DNA of 64,000 nucleotides from an uncultured bacterium (GCA_963819815.1 CAWFXL010000001.1:1216001-1280000), one strand, 5' to 3'. Numbered from the stretch's first letter, positions 29,735 through 39,388 are shown. The notes: generated by a model from the sequence alone, not told the origin. Translations and numbers: made by a program.

Positions 29735-30307
29735 TTATATCGTTCCGTGTTCTCTTACGGTAAAAGCACCATCAGGCGATAACGTTACAGGAAGTCGCTC
29801 TAAAACCTGATTGGTTTCTACATAGATGATATTATTTCGTAACCACTCATTTTTCGCATCACTATAACGATAGAGTTCAACGATATTAAAGTCTTTCCCT
29901 GCGGTTAACTTCTTTCCTTGTGCTGTTTGATAGGTATAGTATCGTGTGCCAGGACGGGGTGTAGGCTTCATTTCAAGACCTATGTACACCATCTTTCCAT
30001 CTTGTGTAGCAAACTTATACAAAGTCTTAGCTTTAACTTTTGATGGGATCTGGAGCATCGCACTCGTTGGCGAGGTTATGGTACCAAGATCTATAAAAGA
30101 TGCTGTCATAGGATCTACATTAAATGTTGACCCTATTGCATTAAGAGTTTGTGTTTGGGTACAGCTACCGCCACCTAGGCAGGTTTGAACACCGATGATT
30201 GCTTTAATATCAACTTTTACACCGCCACCCAATGCTTGGGCATCCTTGACGTGACAAGCCAAAGCAGCGAATGTAAGTGCTGTGAGGATTTTGAATTGAT
30301 TCTTCAT
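29735..30307 (-). CDS. Secreted protein, 'NAIG/RPGT' paralogue family
   Basis: MKNQFKILTALTFAALA; CLGGGSCTQTQTLNAIG; RPGT. Confidence 0.8.
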   Translation of the reverse strand: MKNQFKILTALTFAALACHVKDAQALGGGVKVDIKAIIGVQTCLGGGSCTQTQTLNAIGSTFNVDPMTASFIDLGTITSPTSAMLQIPSKVKAKTLYKFATQDGKMVYIGLEMKPTPRPGTRYYTYQTAQGKKLTAGKDFNIVELYRYSDAKNEWLRNNIIYVETNQVLERLPVTLSPDGAFTVREHGTI

Positions 30308-30398
30308 GATTAATTCCTTTTTGTTAGATCTGTGTTTATGATGTTATTTGCGCTACTGTTCTCTATCTCAGGATGATCTTCAAATAGATCATCTTCTC

Positions 30399-30947
30399 TT
30401 ATGTGTTTATCACTGTCTGCCCAAGAAGAAACTGAGTGTCCTGTGCAGTGAAGGTTCCATCTGGCTTTACGCTAAATGGCATGTTCAGATTTCCAAAGTT
30501 GAGATTTCCAACCTCGGTCCAGGAGCCTTCTTGATCAACATTTTTTACATTCCTATACATTTTAATAACCATCTTGCCGAAGTCTTTGGTGCCGGGTCGC
30601 TGTGCTACATTATCAAAAACGAGATACACCGTTTTACCTGCAAGGTCATAACCTTGCGAAGGAACAAAGCTATAGGCCGTTCGTGTTCCAGCGGTTACCG
30701 GCAGCACAAGATCTTGATCGGGTTGTGAGAGATCAAGAGGCTGAATTTTAAGCTGACTAAGTGGTATGTTTACCTTGTCTCCAATAGCATTGACTACCTG
30801 CCTACATTTTGTTTTTGGACCACCTTTAACACCAGTACAGGACTGTATCGCTACCCGTATGTTTAATTTAAGATCAAAAAGGGCAGCTTGTATGGAGGAT
30901 ACTCCCAGTGCTGAGCCGGTTAAGATTAAGAGCATATATCTAGTCAT
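30399..30947 (-). CDS. Secreted protein, 'NAIG/RPGT' paralogue family
   Basis: Signal peptide; C...CRQVVNAIG; QRPGT; WTEVG; KPDGTF. Confidence 0.75.
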   Translation of the reverse strand: MTRYMLLILTGSALGVSSIQAALFDLKLNIRVAIQSCTGVKGGPKTKCRQVVNAIGDKVNIPLSQLKIQPLDLSQPDQDLVLPVTAGTRTAYSFVPSQGYDLAGKTVYLVFDNVAQRPGTKDFGKMVIKMYRNVKNVDQEGSWTEVGNLNFGNLNMPFSVKPDGTFTAQDTQFLLGQTVINT

Positions 30948-31003
30948 CTTAATTCCTTTTATTGATTAGGCTTGTATTCATTCTTTCACTTTTCTGCTAT
31001 CCC

Positions 31004-31456
31004 TTAGGGTAATTTCATGCGTATATTAGAATTACATGTAGCTCCCGGAGCACCATTACAGATTACATGCTTATCTCCGATTGTAAGGTTTGTCTGACAG
31101 GTACCATCGGCTGGAGCCTTACATCCTTGATTCATAGATCCCCATCGAATGCATTTTCCTGATTCATCATTGGTAATGCAGGGAATGTTTGCATGTGTCG
31201 TACCTTGACTTGTGGCTGACGGAAGTATCGCATTGCATGACTTGCCCGCTTGAGCGCTACATGATGCTGAACCCAAAAAAGGAACCGAAACGTTTATTGA
31301 ACAGGGACCCTGGCATCCTTGGACCAAGCCGCCCCAAGAGGTACATTCGCCTTTACTATTTCTTTGATGACAGGGAACCTCAACGGTTACTGAGTTTTCA
31401 GCGGCTTCAAGATAGCCGAGTGTCATACTGAGTACGAACAAAACTTTCATCTTCAT
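31004..31456 (-). CDS. Secreted Cys-rich protein with two 6-Cys repeats
   Basis: PC...G.C..WG...QGC...C...C...G..CN occurs twice. Confidence 0.75.
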   Translation of the reverse strand: MKMKVLFVLSMTLGYLEAAENSVTVEVPCHQRNSKGECTSWGGLVQGCQGPCSINVSVPFLGSASCSAQAGKSCNAILPSATSQGTTHANIPCITNDESGKCIRWGSMNQGCKAPADGTCQTNLTIGDKHVICNGAPGATCNSNIRMKLP

Positions 31457-31480
31457 AGGAATCTCCTTCTAATTTGTTAT

Positions 31481-31720
31481 TTATTCTTGCTCTTGTATCT
31501 TACATTCTGTAGGGGTTCCCCAGGTGCCGCAGGCATCTTTTTGGGCCTCCGGGCTACAATCGCGAGCAGGAATATGGTGCACGATTTTAAATATTGGCAC
31601 ATTCTTAAGTTTGCAGGATACAGATCCGGTCATATGAATTGCCTCACCGGCTACTGATTTTTCAACAGCTTCAAGATAGCCGAGTGTCATACCGAGTATG
31701 AACAAAATTTTCATCTTCAT
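31481..31720 (-). CDS. 79-aa secreted 4-Cys protein (chimera of its neighbours)
   Basis: Signal peptide like that of 31004..31456; body like the last repeat of 31733..32606 (HIPARDCS.EAQ.DACG.WGTPTECKI). Confidence 0.75.
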   Translation of the reverse strand: MKMKILFILGMTLGYLEAVEKSVAGEAIHMTGSVSCKLKNVPIFKIVHHIPARDCSPEAQKDACGTWGTPTECKIQEQE

Positions 31721-31732
31721 AGTTACTTATCC

Positions 31733-32606
31733 TTATTGTTGTTGGTTTTTGCGCAACTGTTCTTGTCGTATTTTTTCAATGTCGAGTATCTTACATTCAG
31801 TGGGAGTTCCCCAGACGCCACAAGCATCTCTTTGCGCCTCTTGGCTACAATCTCGAGCCGGAATATGTCCCACAATTTTTTGGGGTAAAATATTAACTCT
31901 GCAGGATACGGATCCGGTCATAGGTATGACTTCCGCCCATGCCTTGAGTGCATTAGGATCGCCCCACGTTTGGCAAGAAAGAACTTTGCCTGCACTAGGA
32001 TCACAGAGTGAGTTTTTAAGGTTTGTACTACAGTCTGGCACAGCAAGACGGAAGGGTACTCCAGACCCGGCTATCTGGCATTCGATGCCAGAGGTAAGGG
32101 GATTCTTTTTAACCTCATTTTCAAGCCAGTCTTGGGAAGTGTAGATTGCACAAGAAGTAGGTGTTGCAATATCTTTACCAAAACTATCACAGTTTTTCTT
32201 TTGTTCGGCAACATCACAGGTATCACCAGCTACGGCAAAGGTTTTGCCTTCGGCTTTTGTTTTACATAAGGTAATCGAGCTTGGCGTTCCGGGAAAGCGG
32301 CGTCCAAATACGAATTCTTTTTTTAAGGTGCCTTGTAACTTCGCTAAGTTATTCGGATTTGCTAAGTCATATTGAGGTGTGCAAAAGGCAGGTTTTGCTG
32401 GTCCATAAAAAGGATCATCTTTATATTGGTCACAGATGGCCTGTAATTTATTTTGGTCACAAGATGCGCCAAGGGCAAGGTAATCAGTTCTTTTTGCTCC
32501 GGGCTTTGTCGTCTTGCAGGTTACAAGACCTGCAATTGTCCTCTGCCTGTGCTGCAGTTCCTGACATAAGAATGAATAGGCTGCTTAGCAGTGTGAGAAA
32601 TTTCAT
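31733..32606 (-). CDS. Secreted protein with four 4-Cys repeats; one +1 frameshift at ~32543 (mostly missed by the ORF track)
   Basis: ATG 32606 MKFLTLLSSLFILMSGTAAQA; dropping one base gives an open frame to the TAA at 31733 (290 aa, 16 Cys). Confidence 0.75.
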
Positions 32607-33253
32607 GAGGTGACTCCTTCTTTTTGTGTTGTCGCTTTTGTACGCTCTAATAGTTCCTTCTGTACTTTCCCGTTAAGTACTTTTCCAGTGAATGTTGCAT
32701 TATCTGAAAGGATAATTGTTCCTGATTGGCCAATAAACTGTATAGGGCCCGCTACTAACGTTTTTTTTCCTTTCAATACTACTTGTGGACCCTTGGGGAG
32801 GTCTTTTTTCGTGCTGATAGTATAAGAAGCGGTAAATCCAGAATTAGTTTGTTGCACTTCTGATGCTGATGTAGCTATAGTAATGCCACCTGCAGAGCTG
32901 TTTTCGAGTGTTACGAGGGTTGAATCATCCCCATCAATCGTAAGATCATCTTTAAAATCTGAGTCGCTAGCCTGTATATTGCCATACACTTCAACTGGAC
33001 CGTTAAACGAGGTATTGTTTGCCACAAGTGGTCCTCTGATCGTGGCTGTACCTATTTCGCTTCCTTTATACAGATAGGTTGGACCATAGACGTCTATAGT
33101 TGCGGCCGTAAGCCCAGTGCCCGTTAAAGGGCCCATAGTAGTAAGGGTATCAAAGACTTTATCAGTATATGAGGCAGGCCCCATAACCTTTTGAGATTCT
33201 ACAGCTCCTAAACTAGCTACAGCAAATACTATAAGACTTATGACTTTCTTCAT
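32603..33253 (-). CDS. Secreted beta-helix/bactofilin-like hypothetical protein
   Basis: Signal peptide; repeated IDVYGP / TIRGPL / VEVYGNI / LTIDGD; ends GKVLNGKV. Confidence 0.6.
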   Translation of the reverse strand: MKKVISLIVFAVASLGAVESQKVMGPASYTDKVFDTLTTMGPLTGTGLTAATIDVYGPTYLYKGSEIGTATIRGPLVANNTSFNGPVEVYGNIQASDSDFKDDLTIDGDDSTLVTLENSSAGGITIATSASEVQQTNSGFTASYTISTKKDLPKGPQVVLKGKKTLVAGPIQFIGQSGTIILSDNATFTGKVLNGKVQKELLERTKATTQKEGVTS

Positions 33254-33314
33254 AGGGTTACTTTCTCTGTATTATTTGAATTATTCTATCTAGTACCAGA
33301 TTAAATAAATGCCA

Positions 33315-33329
33315 TTCTATTTGTCAATG
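33315..33329 (-). promoter_or_regulatory. -35 element (CATTGACAAATAGAA) upstream of the secreted array
   Basis: Contains TTGACA; identical 15-mer at 63277-63291. Confidence 0.5.
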
Positions 33330-33443
33330 ATTTTCCCGATTAATATAAAATTAAATTCTCTTCGGGGGGGCTGAGCTGAGACTAGTCATGAATTCTAGCA
33401 CTATATTCTATCTATGATTCGAGCAGAAAGGCTAATAAGTACC

Positions 33444-33472
33444 TTGACGGCACGGTCATTTTTTTGTAAACT
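33444..33472 (+). promoter_or_regulatory. sigma70 promoter of the DUF4143 ATPase
   Basis: TTGACG-N17-TAAACT. Confidence 0.6.
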
Positions 33473-33558
33473 TTCAAATGGTATAGCTTTTTTGCAAGTC
33501 TATTTTCAAAAAAGCTATACCATTTGAAGATGGGCTTGCAGCCGGTATAGCTTTTTTG
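33473..33558. repeat. 22-bp perfect inverted repeat plus a third copy in the leader
   Basis: TTCAAATGGTATAGCTTTTTTG (33473-33494) / CAAAAAAGCTATACCATTTGAA (33507-33528); GGTATAGCTTTTTTG again at 33544-33558. Confidence 0.9.
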
Positions 33559-33571
33559 AAGGCAGACTTAT

Positions 33572-34723
33572 ATGATAAAAAGAAAATTCTGGATAGACAA
33601 AATTGAAAAAGCCTGGAAGGTACGGTCAATCGTGTGGCTGGCAGGAGTTCGTCGTGTTGGTAAAACATCACTTTGTCAGACACTTGACGATATTATATAT
33701 TTCGATTGCGAGAGGCTTCAGGTGCGGGAGCAGATTGAGAGAGATTATGAGCTCTTCCTACGGGAACATAGTGGCCGGAGAGTTGTGCTTGACGAAGTTC
33801 ATAAGCTTCAAAATCCATCAGAAATATTAAAAGTCGCAGCAGATCATTATCCTGAAACAAAGATAATTGCTACTGGATCTTCTACCATAGAAGCTTCAAA
33901 AAAATTTAGTGATGCTCTAACGGGTAGGAAAGTTTTGGTTCATCTGACCCCTATGCTTCTCTCTGAGGGGGGGCTTTTTGGAAACACAAGTATGGCGCAT
34001 AGAATGCTTTACGGGGGTTTGCCCTTTTTTTTCCTCAGTGAACAGCTCCTTACTAGCGAGTATAAAGAATGGTTTAACTCTTTCTGGGCAAAGGATGTTC
34101 ACGAACTTTTTCAGATCGAGAAGAGAGCGTCATTCCTAAAATTCACTGAGCTGATGTTTGCACAAAGTGGGAGTATGTTCGTTGCATCAAAGTTTGCTGT
34201 TCCCTGTCAAATTAGCCATCCGACAGTATCGAACTATTTAGCGATAGCCAGGGAAACTCTTACTGCAGTGGTCGTGCGACCATATAGCACTCATGTGATA
34301 ACTGAAATTAGGTCTGCACCCAAAGTGTATAGTTTTGACACCGGATTTGCCTGCTATACGCGCGGTTGGACTTCCTTAAGAGAAAGTGACTACGGAGTTC
34401 TCTGGGAGCATCTCATACTTAATGAGTTAATTGGCTACTTTTCGCAAGAGGACATTCATTACTGGCGGGATAAAAGTGATCATGAAATAGACTTTATATT
34501 CATTAAAAATCGTAAAGAAGAGCCGGTTGCTATTGAGTGTAAGTGGAATTCGCGCTTTTTTAATCCTCTCAATATGAAGGCATTTCGTAAGCATTACCCA
34601 AAAGGTGAAAATTATCTTGTATCTGCTGACCTTACCTCATCGTATAAACGGGTTTTTGAGGGCATATCAGTCACTTTTGTTACCCCTGAAGATCTGATTA
34701 AAGAGCTTTCCAAGAGCGACTAG
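33572..34723 (+). CDS. AAA_14 + DUF4143 family ATPase
   Basis: GVRRVGKT, LDEVH, ATGSS, PKVYSFDTG, EIDFI...IECKW. Confidence 0.9.
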   Translation: MIKRKFWIDKIEKAWKVRSIVWLAGVRRVGKTSLCQTLDDIIYFDCERLQVREQIERDYELFLREHSGRRVVLDEVHKLQNPSEILKVAADHYPETKIIATGSSTIEASKKFSDALTGRKVLVHLTPMLLSEGGLFGNTSMAHRMLYGGLPFFFLSEQLLTSEYKEWFNSFWAKDVHELFQIEKRASFLKFTELMFAQSGSMFVASKFAVPCQISHPTVSNYLAIARETLTAVVVRPYSTHVITEIRSAPKVYSFDTGFACYTRGWTSLRESDYGVLWEHLILNELIGYFSQEDIHYWRDKSDHEIDFIFIKNRKEEPVAIECKWNSRFFNPLNMKAFRKHYPKGENYLVSADLTSSYKRVFEGISVTFVTPEDLIKELSKSD

Positions 34724-34814
34724 GCTTTTCTAAGCGTGGCTGCTACTATGTTGTTGGAGTTTATCATGATTTTAAGTATACTTTTTGAAGTGTTGATTAA
34801 CCATTAAGGATTGT

Positions 34815-35942
34815 ATGGCAGCTTCTTCCTTTATCCTTCCTCCCTTTAAAATTGAACGCTATTTTGCACGCTATGAATTTTCTGCTCCCTATTTATTGTG
34901 CTGCTCAGATTGTGAGCCACTTCTGCTGCCAGAGCTTTTAAGCTTGGCAAAACCTGATGATCGGTTAATGTGGGATGAGCAACGGTTAGGATATACTGAT
35001 TCGCAAGGTGAGCCCCTACTTCGCAATGAAATTGTTACTCTATATAGGACACTTATGCCAGATAACTGTCTGGTCGTAACTCCTGTTGAAGGAATATTTA
35101 TTGCTCTCAATGTGCTTCTTAAAAAAGGTGACCACTGTATAGTTACATTTCCCGGCTATCAATCATTATACGAGGTCGCACGATCCATAGGGTGTGATGT
35201 TTCCTATTGGGAACCGGTTGAAGATAAAGGGTGGTATTTTGATGTAGATCATCTTGCATCACTTATTACTCCACACACAAAAGCTCTTATTATTAATTTC
35301 CCCCATAATCCAACTGGGGCAACTATCACCAAAGAACAACTTGAGGCTATCGTCGCACTGGCGCGGGCTCACTCACTTACTATTTTCTCCGATGAGATGT
35401 ATCGCGGTCTAGAAAAAGATGATAACCAGACCCTTCCTTCGGTTGCTGATCTGTATGAGAATGGACTTATTTTAAGTGGCATGTCCAAGAGCTTTGGGTT
35501 GCCGGGATTGCGCATCGGATGGTTGGCCTCGCGCAATAAAGAGTTTCTTGAAGCATGTCTTATCTTCAAGGATTATATCACTATTTGTGCTAGTGGACCA
35601 AGTCAGATTCTCGCACTGATAGGTCTTAAGGCTCAGAAGAAGATTTTAGCCAGAAACCGAGACATCATAACCCATACGAGCGCTGCTTTTGCTGAATTTG
35701 TCTCACATCATAGCGACCGCTTTTCATGGCACCCGCCAAAGGCGGGATCTATTGCTTTTGTCAGATACCATGGTTCAGATGGGGTAACCGCATTGGCTAA
35801 AAAGCTTTTAGATGCCGAAGGGATTATGATACTTCCCTCAACAGTTTTTGATTATGGTGATGCGCATTGGCGTTTGGGGCTTGGAAGAAAGAATGTCCCC
35901 GAGATCTTGGATCGATTAGATCGATTTATGAGGAAGCTTTAG
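34815..35942 (+). CDS. PLP-dependent aminotransferase class I/II
   Basis: NFPHNPTG, SDEMY, MSKSFGLPGLRIGW. Confidence 0.93.
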   Translation: MAASSFILPPFKIERYFARYEFSAPYLLCCSDCEPLLLPELLSLAKPDDRLMWDEQRLGYTDSQGEPLLRNEIVTLYRTLMPDNCLVVTPVEGIFIALNVLLKKGDHCIVTFPGYQSLYEVARSIGCDVSYWEPVEDKGWYFDVDHLASLITPHTKALIINFPHNPTGATITKEQLEAIVALARAHSLTIFSDEMYRGLEKDDNQTLPSVADLYENGLILSGMSKSFGLPGLRIGWLASRNKEFLEACLIFKDYITICASGPSQILALIGLKAQKKILARNRDIITHTSAAFAEFVSHHSDRFSWHPPKAGSIAFVRYHGSDGVTALAKKLLDAEGIMILPSTVFDYGDAHWRLGLGRKNVPEILDRLDRFMRKL

Positions 35943-36010
35943 AAGAGGCTATTCTTATAGTGCTTCTCTTTGCATATCGGTAGTGGCACATTAGTTCAGT
36001 ACTATCCAAA
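35873..36010 (+). repeat. Direct repeat copy 1 (aminotransferase 3' end plus downstream DNA)
   Basis: TTTGGGGCTTGGAAGAAAGAAT..GGATCGATTAGATCGATTT..TGAGGAAGCTTTA..GTACTATC is repeated at 37305-37443. Confidence 0.9.
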
Positions 36011-36044
36011 AATTAAGCCTGTACTTTCGTGGACAATTCATCTC

Positions 36045-37067
36045 TTACTCTTTCGCATCGAAGAAACGAACGAGGAGTTCTGCAAGTTTATTCGGTTCAT
36101 CTGAGAACCAAGCGTGACTTGCCCCTTCGAGTTCATATATAGGAATTCCCATCAATTCAATTCGATGCCAATCTTCTCCGGAAATTTTAATAGGATCTTT
36201 CGCGCCTTGCAAAACTACGAATTTGTCGCTGTAACGCGATGCCGTTTTTTCTTGATTCTCATAGTTTCCTAGTTGACTTTGATTATGTAAAGCTTCGAAC
36301 CCAAACTTGATCATAAAATACCGTGCTTCTGGATCTGTTCTCGTACCAGCCCTTCTAGTTAATTCAGAAGGAGCCAGACCGCCAAGACTGTGAAAAGTTT
36401 CAGCTTGTTGTTCAGTGAATGTTTCACGGAACGACAATAAGTCAAATACCGTCTTGCCTGCAGGAAAGGGATCAGTTGTAGGAAAGGTTTTCAAGGCAGC
36501 GAAACCTCGAGCTGCTTTCTCGAAGTCATTGATGGGTGTTCCGGTTAGTGTAACTTTTTTGATTGATGGCTCCTCAGCAACCATGTCAATTGCTACATGC
36601 CCTCCTAAGCTCCAGCCGCAGATTTCCAATTCTTTAGGATTTACTTTTACGACTTTTAAGAAATGGACGAGAGAATGGGCATATCCTGGAAAAGTGTAGT
36701 ATGATTTGTGAGCCCGGAAAATATCATTTTCATGGTCTTTGAAATAGTGACGTACATTTTCTGGAAAATTGCTACTTTTTCCATGTCCAGGTAGATCCAC
36801 AGCAAGTACACGAAAGTCTTCCAAGGCTGGATTCTTAATAATTTCGCCGAATGCTTCTTTAGAAGCTGAATTTCCATGGATAAGCAGGATGACTTTCTGT
36901 TTATCCGGATGAGCTTCTAAATAAGAAAGCTTCAAATCGTAGGACGAAACTCCCGGGACGTTTCCATCATCCAAATGAACAGTGTCAGTCTTTTCAATGA
37001 CACAGGCTGACGATGACGATGCTTTTGATAGTAATAGGAGTAACGCGAATGCTGACTTCTTGATCAT
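36045..37067 (-). CDS. Secreted alpha/beta hydrolase
   Basis: IHGNS, DLPGHG, GWSLGG, GAKD, ASHA. Confidence 0.88.
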   Translation of the reverse strand: MIKKSAFALLLLLSKASSSSACVIEKTDTVHLDDGNVPGVSSYDLKLSYLEAHPDKQKVILLIHGNSASKEAFGEIIKNPALEDFRVLAVDLPGHGKSSNFPENVRHYFKDHENDIFRAHKSYYTFPGYAHSLVHFLKVVKVNPKELEICGWSLGGHVAIDMVAEEPSIKKVTLTGTPINDFEKAARGFAALKTFPTTDPFPAGKTVFDLLSFRETFTEQQAETFHSLGGLAPSELTRRAGTRTDPEARYFMIKFGFEALHNQSQLGNYENQEKTASRYSDKFVVLQGAKDPIKISGEDWHRIELMGIPIYELEGASHAWFSDEPNKLAELLVRFFDAKE

Positions 37068-37304
37068 GTGAATTATCCTTCAATAGATTACATTATAATA
37101 ACATATTTTGCTGTGCCTTATAATGCCTTTGTGATATCGATACAAAGTAGCCTGAATGAGTCAGGGTTGTGACGAACTTTAGTGCTCATGAGGAACCCTG
37201 TGCTAAGATGATAGATTCATGACATTTACAAATTTCAATATCAATTGTAACAAAAGTTGACAGGGTCGTCAAACTTATTTTATAAATGAATAAACGATGT
37301 ATCT

Positions 37305-37443
37305 TTTGGGGCTTGGAAGAAAGAATATCCCTGAGATCCTGGATCGATTAGATCGATTTGTGAGGAAGCTTTAAAAAAAGCTATACTTAGTAGTGCTTTT
37401 CATTGTACACGGTTAGTAGCATACTACTTCTGTACTATCAAAA
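37305..37443 (+). repeat. Direct repeat copy 2
   Basis: Still reads LGLGRKNIPEILDRLDRFVRKL*, a copy of the aminotransferase C-terminus. Confidence 0.9.
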
Positions 37444-37460
37444 ACATTGAGGACACGTAT

Positions 37461-38027
37461 ATGAACTACTTATATCTTACTCTTTGCTTATTTTTTGCAG
37501 CAGGAACTGGGTGGTGTTCAGGATCGAAAAAAGACCTTTTTAAAGCTGGTACTGTGTATGACAAAGATGGGAGTACTATTTCTATTGCATGGCCAAATCC
37601 AAAAGAGATAGTTATAGATAAAAAGTTTGCGATACCCCAATTCAAAACAGAGTGTTGTTTGTTTGCAGCACTCATGTCAGCCTTCATGTCAGGATCTATA
37701 GCATTCATGACACTTCAGGGCAAAAGAATTTGGGGGGTAAAAGCTACCTATACCGAGCTCATTTCCCAGATAGGCGCAGTTATTGGCTTTGGATTAGCCA
37801 CAAGATGGCTTACCCATAAAGCATTCTCTTTGAATCGGGTTGAGAGAGAGGGTATTGAACCGGCAAGAAAATTTGCAGACGATCTCTATGGAAAAGTCTA
37901 CCACGAACTCTACTACGAAATATCACGTATAACATGTATTACATCAGAAGGTCGAAATTTTAGTACGTTTCCAGGATTACGTTTCCTTGCATTCCTTGCA
38001 GGCGTCAAAAGTGACGAAGCAAAATAG
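37461..38027 (+). CDS. Hypothetical exported/membrane protein
   Basis: GAGG RBS; signal-like N-terminus; two hydrophobic helices. Confidence 0.7.
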   Translation: MNYLYLTLCLFFAAGTGWCSGSKKDLFKAGTVYDKDGSTISIAWPNPKEIVIDKKFAIPQFKTECCLFAALMSAFMSGSIAFMTLQGKRIWGVKATYTELISQIGAVIGFGLATRWLTHKAFSLNRVEREGIEPARKFADDLYGKVYHELYYEISRITCITSEGRNFSTFPGLRFLAFLAGVKSDEAK

Positions 38028-38062
38028 TTTCCCGAGGCAGCCCCTTTTGTTATTCGCGTAAT

Positions 38063-39388
38063 CTATTCGCTAAAAAGCGTAACAAGCTCGTAGACATGAC
38101 TGAACTTAAGCGTCGTGCAAGAGGTATCGACTTTCTGGTTCTGCGCAAGTATGAGGCGCTGTATACCAAATTTCTCTGCTTCAGCGGCATGGATGGTCAT
38201 CTGGTTGATCGGCTTTATTTGCCCGGTAAGGCTAACTTCCCCTAAGATAAGAGATTTTTCTGGTAATGGCTTTTGGAAATAACTGGAGAGTAATGCAAGA
38301 GCGATACCAAGATCGGCGCTTGCGCTTTTTATCTTAAAACTACCGCTAATTTTGAAGAAGATGTCATGAGTACCGAATTTTATATGCAGGTACTTCTCAA
38401 GAATAGCTGCGATAAGAACCACTTGGGTATGATCAATGCCTGAAACTACCCGTTGCGGAATGCCATACTTTGATTGTAAGACAAGTGCCTGTAATTCAAT
38501 AAGAAGGGGTCGTGAGCCTTCAATAAAGCTAATGAGCACCGATCCTGGATTGTGGGACAGCTCTTCAAGAAGATGCTCATTAATATTAGGCATCTCTTTC
38601 AAACCTTGCTCTTCCATCGAAAAGAAGCCCAGTTCGCAGACCGTTCCAAATCTATTTTTCACTGAGCGGAGCACCCGCATTTGCCAGCGATCTTCGCCTT
38701 GCAGATAAAAGACTGCATCTACCAAATGCTCCAAGGTCTTAGGGCCTGCCATAACCCCCTCCTTGGTGATATGGCCGCTCGCAATAATGGCTATTCTGTT
38801 CTCTTTTGCCATACGCATTAATTTAAAGGCAGCTTCCTTAAGTTGGCCAATACTTCCTGACAAAGCGGGACTGTCGGTGATGTAACAGTTTTGTATAGAG
38901 TCGATAATAACCACAGCAGGTTTTTCTTGGATGCAGGTGGCAAGGAGCGATTCTAAATTTGGATCATCAGAAAAGAGAAGTTTCTGAGCTTGTATATGAA
39001 GACGCTCTGCACGAGATTTTACTTGTTCAAGAGATTCTTCAGAAGAGAAATAGAAGACCTTGTATGTATTGGCTAATTGCTGAGCAATATGGAGGAGCAG
39101 CGTAGACTTGCCAATGCCAGGATCTCCGGTAAGAATACTGAAACTGCCAGGAACAATTCCGCCACCCGTTACCCGGTCCCACTCTTTTATACCGGTGAGC
39201 ATTCGCTTGGTTGGTTCGAGCGTAATTGTACTTAAGTCAGAGAGTGCAACAGGAATGGCTTGACCGACAGCCTTTGCCGGGATCAACTTAATGGTGTCGA
39301 ACCTTTGACAATCAGGACAGCAGCCAAGCCATTTTATAGTTTGGTATGAGCAATTGTTGCAAGAATAGATGGAGCTTTTTTTTGACAT
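38063..39388 (-). CDS. radA: DNA repair protein RadA/Sms
   Basis: C4 zinc finger, GDPGIGKSTL, KNRFG motif, Lon-like C-terminal domain. Confidence 0.96.
   Translation of the reverse strand: MSKKSSIYSCNNCSYQTIKWLGCCPDCQRFDTIKLIPAKAVGQAIPVALSDLSTITLEPTKRMLTGIKEWDRVTGGGIVPGSFSILTGDPGIGKSTLLLHIAQQLANTYKVFYFSSEESLEQVKSRAERLHIQAQKLLFSDDPNLESLLATCIQEKPAVVIIDSIQNCYITDSPALSGSIGQLKEAAFKLMRMAKENRIAIIASGHITKEGVMAGPKTLEHLVDAVFYLQGEDRWQMRVLRSVKNRFGTVCELGFFSMEEQGLKEMPNINEHLLEELSHNPGSVLISFIEGSRPLLIELQALVLQSKYGIPQRVVSGIDHTQVVLIAAILEKYLHIKFGTHDIFFKISGSFKIKSASADLGIALALLSSYFQKPLPEKSLILGEVSLTGQIKPINQMTIHAAEAEKFGIQRLILAQNQKVDTSCTTLKFSHVYELVTLFSE

Noticed and set aside
29735..30307. Lipoprotein substrate of the adjacent Lnt-like enzyme (ALAC)
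   Set aside because: Weak lipobox, and the close paralogue has Tyr at that position; not supportable.
31698..32613. Plus-strand ORFs 31698..32144 and 32281..32613, and the many other 60-170 aa antisense ORFs
   Set aside because: Shadow frames of well-supported opposite-strand genes, with no motifs of their own.
27961..33253. Integron cassette array or DGR-diversified locus
   Set aside because: Gaps are mostly too short for attC sites; no integrase or reverse transcriptase; differences between paralogues are not adenine-specific.
33473..33528. IS/MITE terminal inverted repeats
   Set aside because: Arms are only 12 bp apart, with no transposase or target duplication; position right after a promoter favours a regulatory role.
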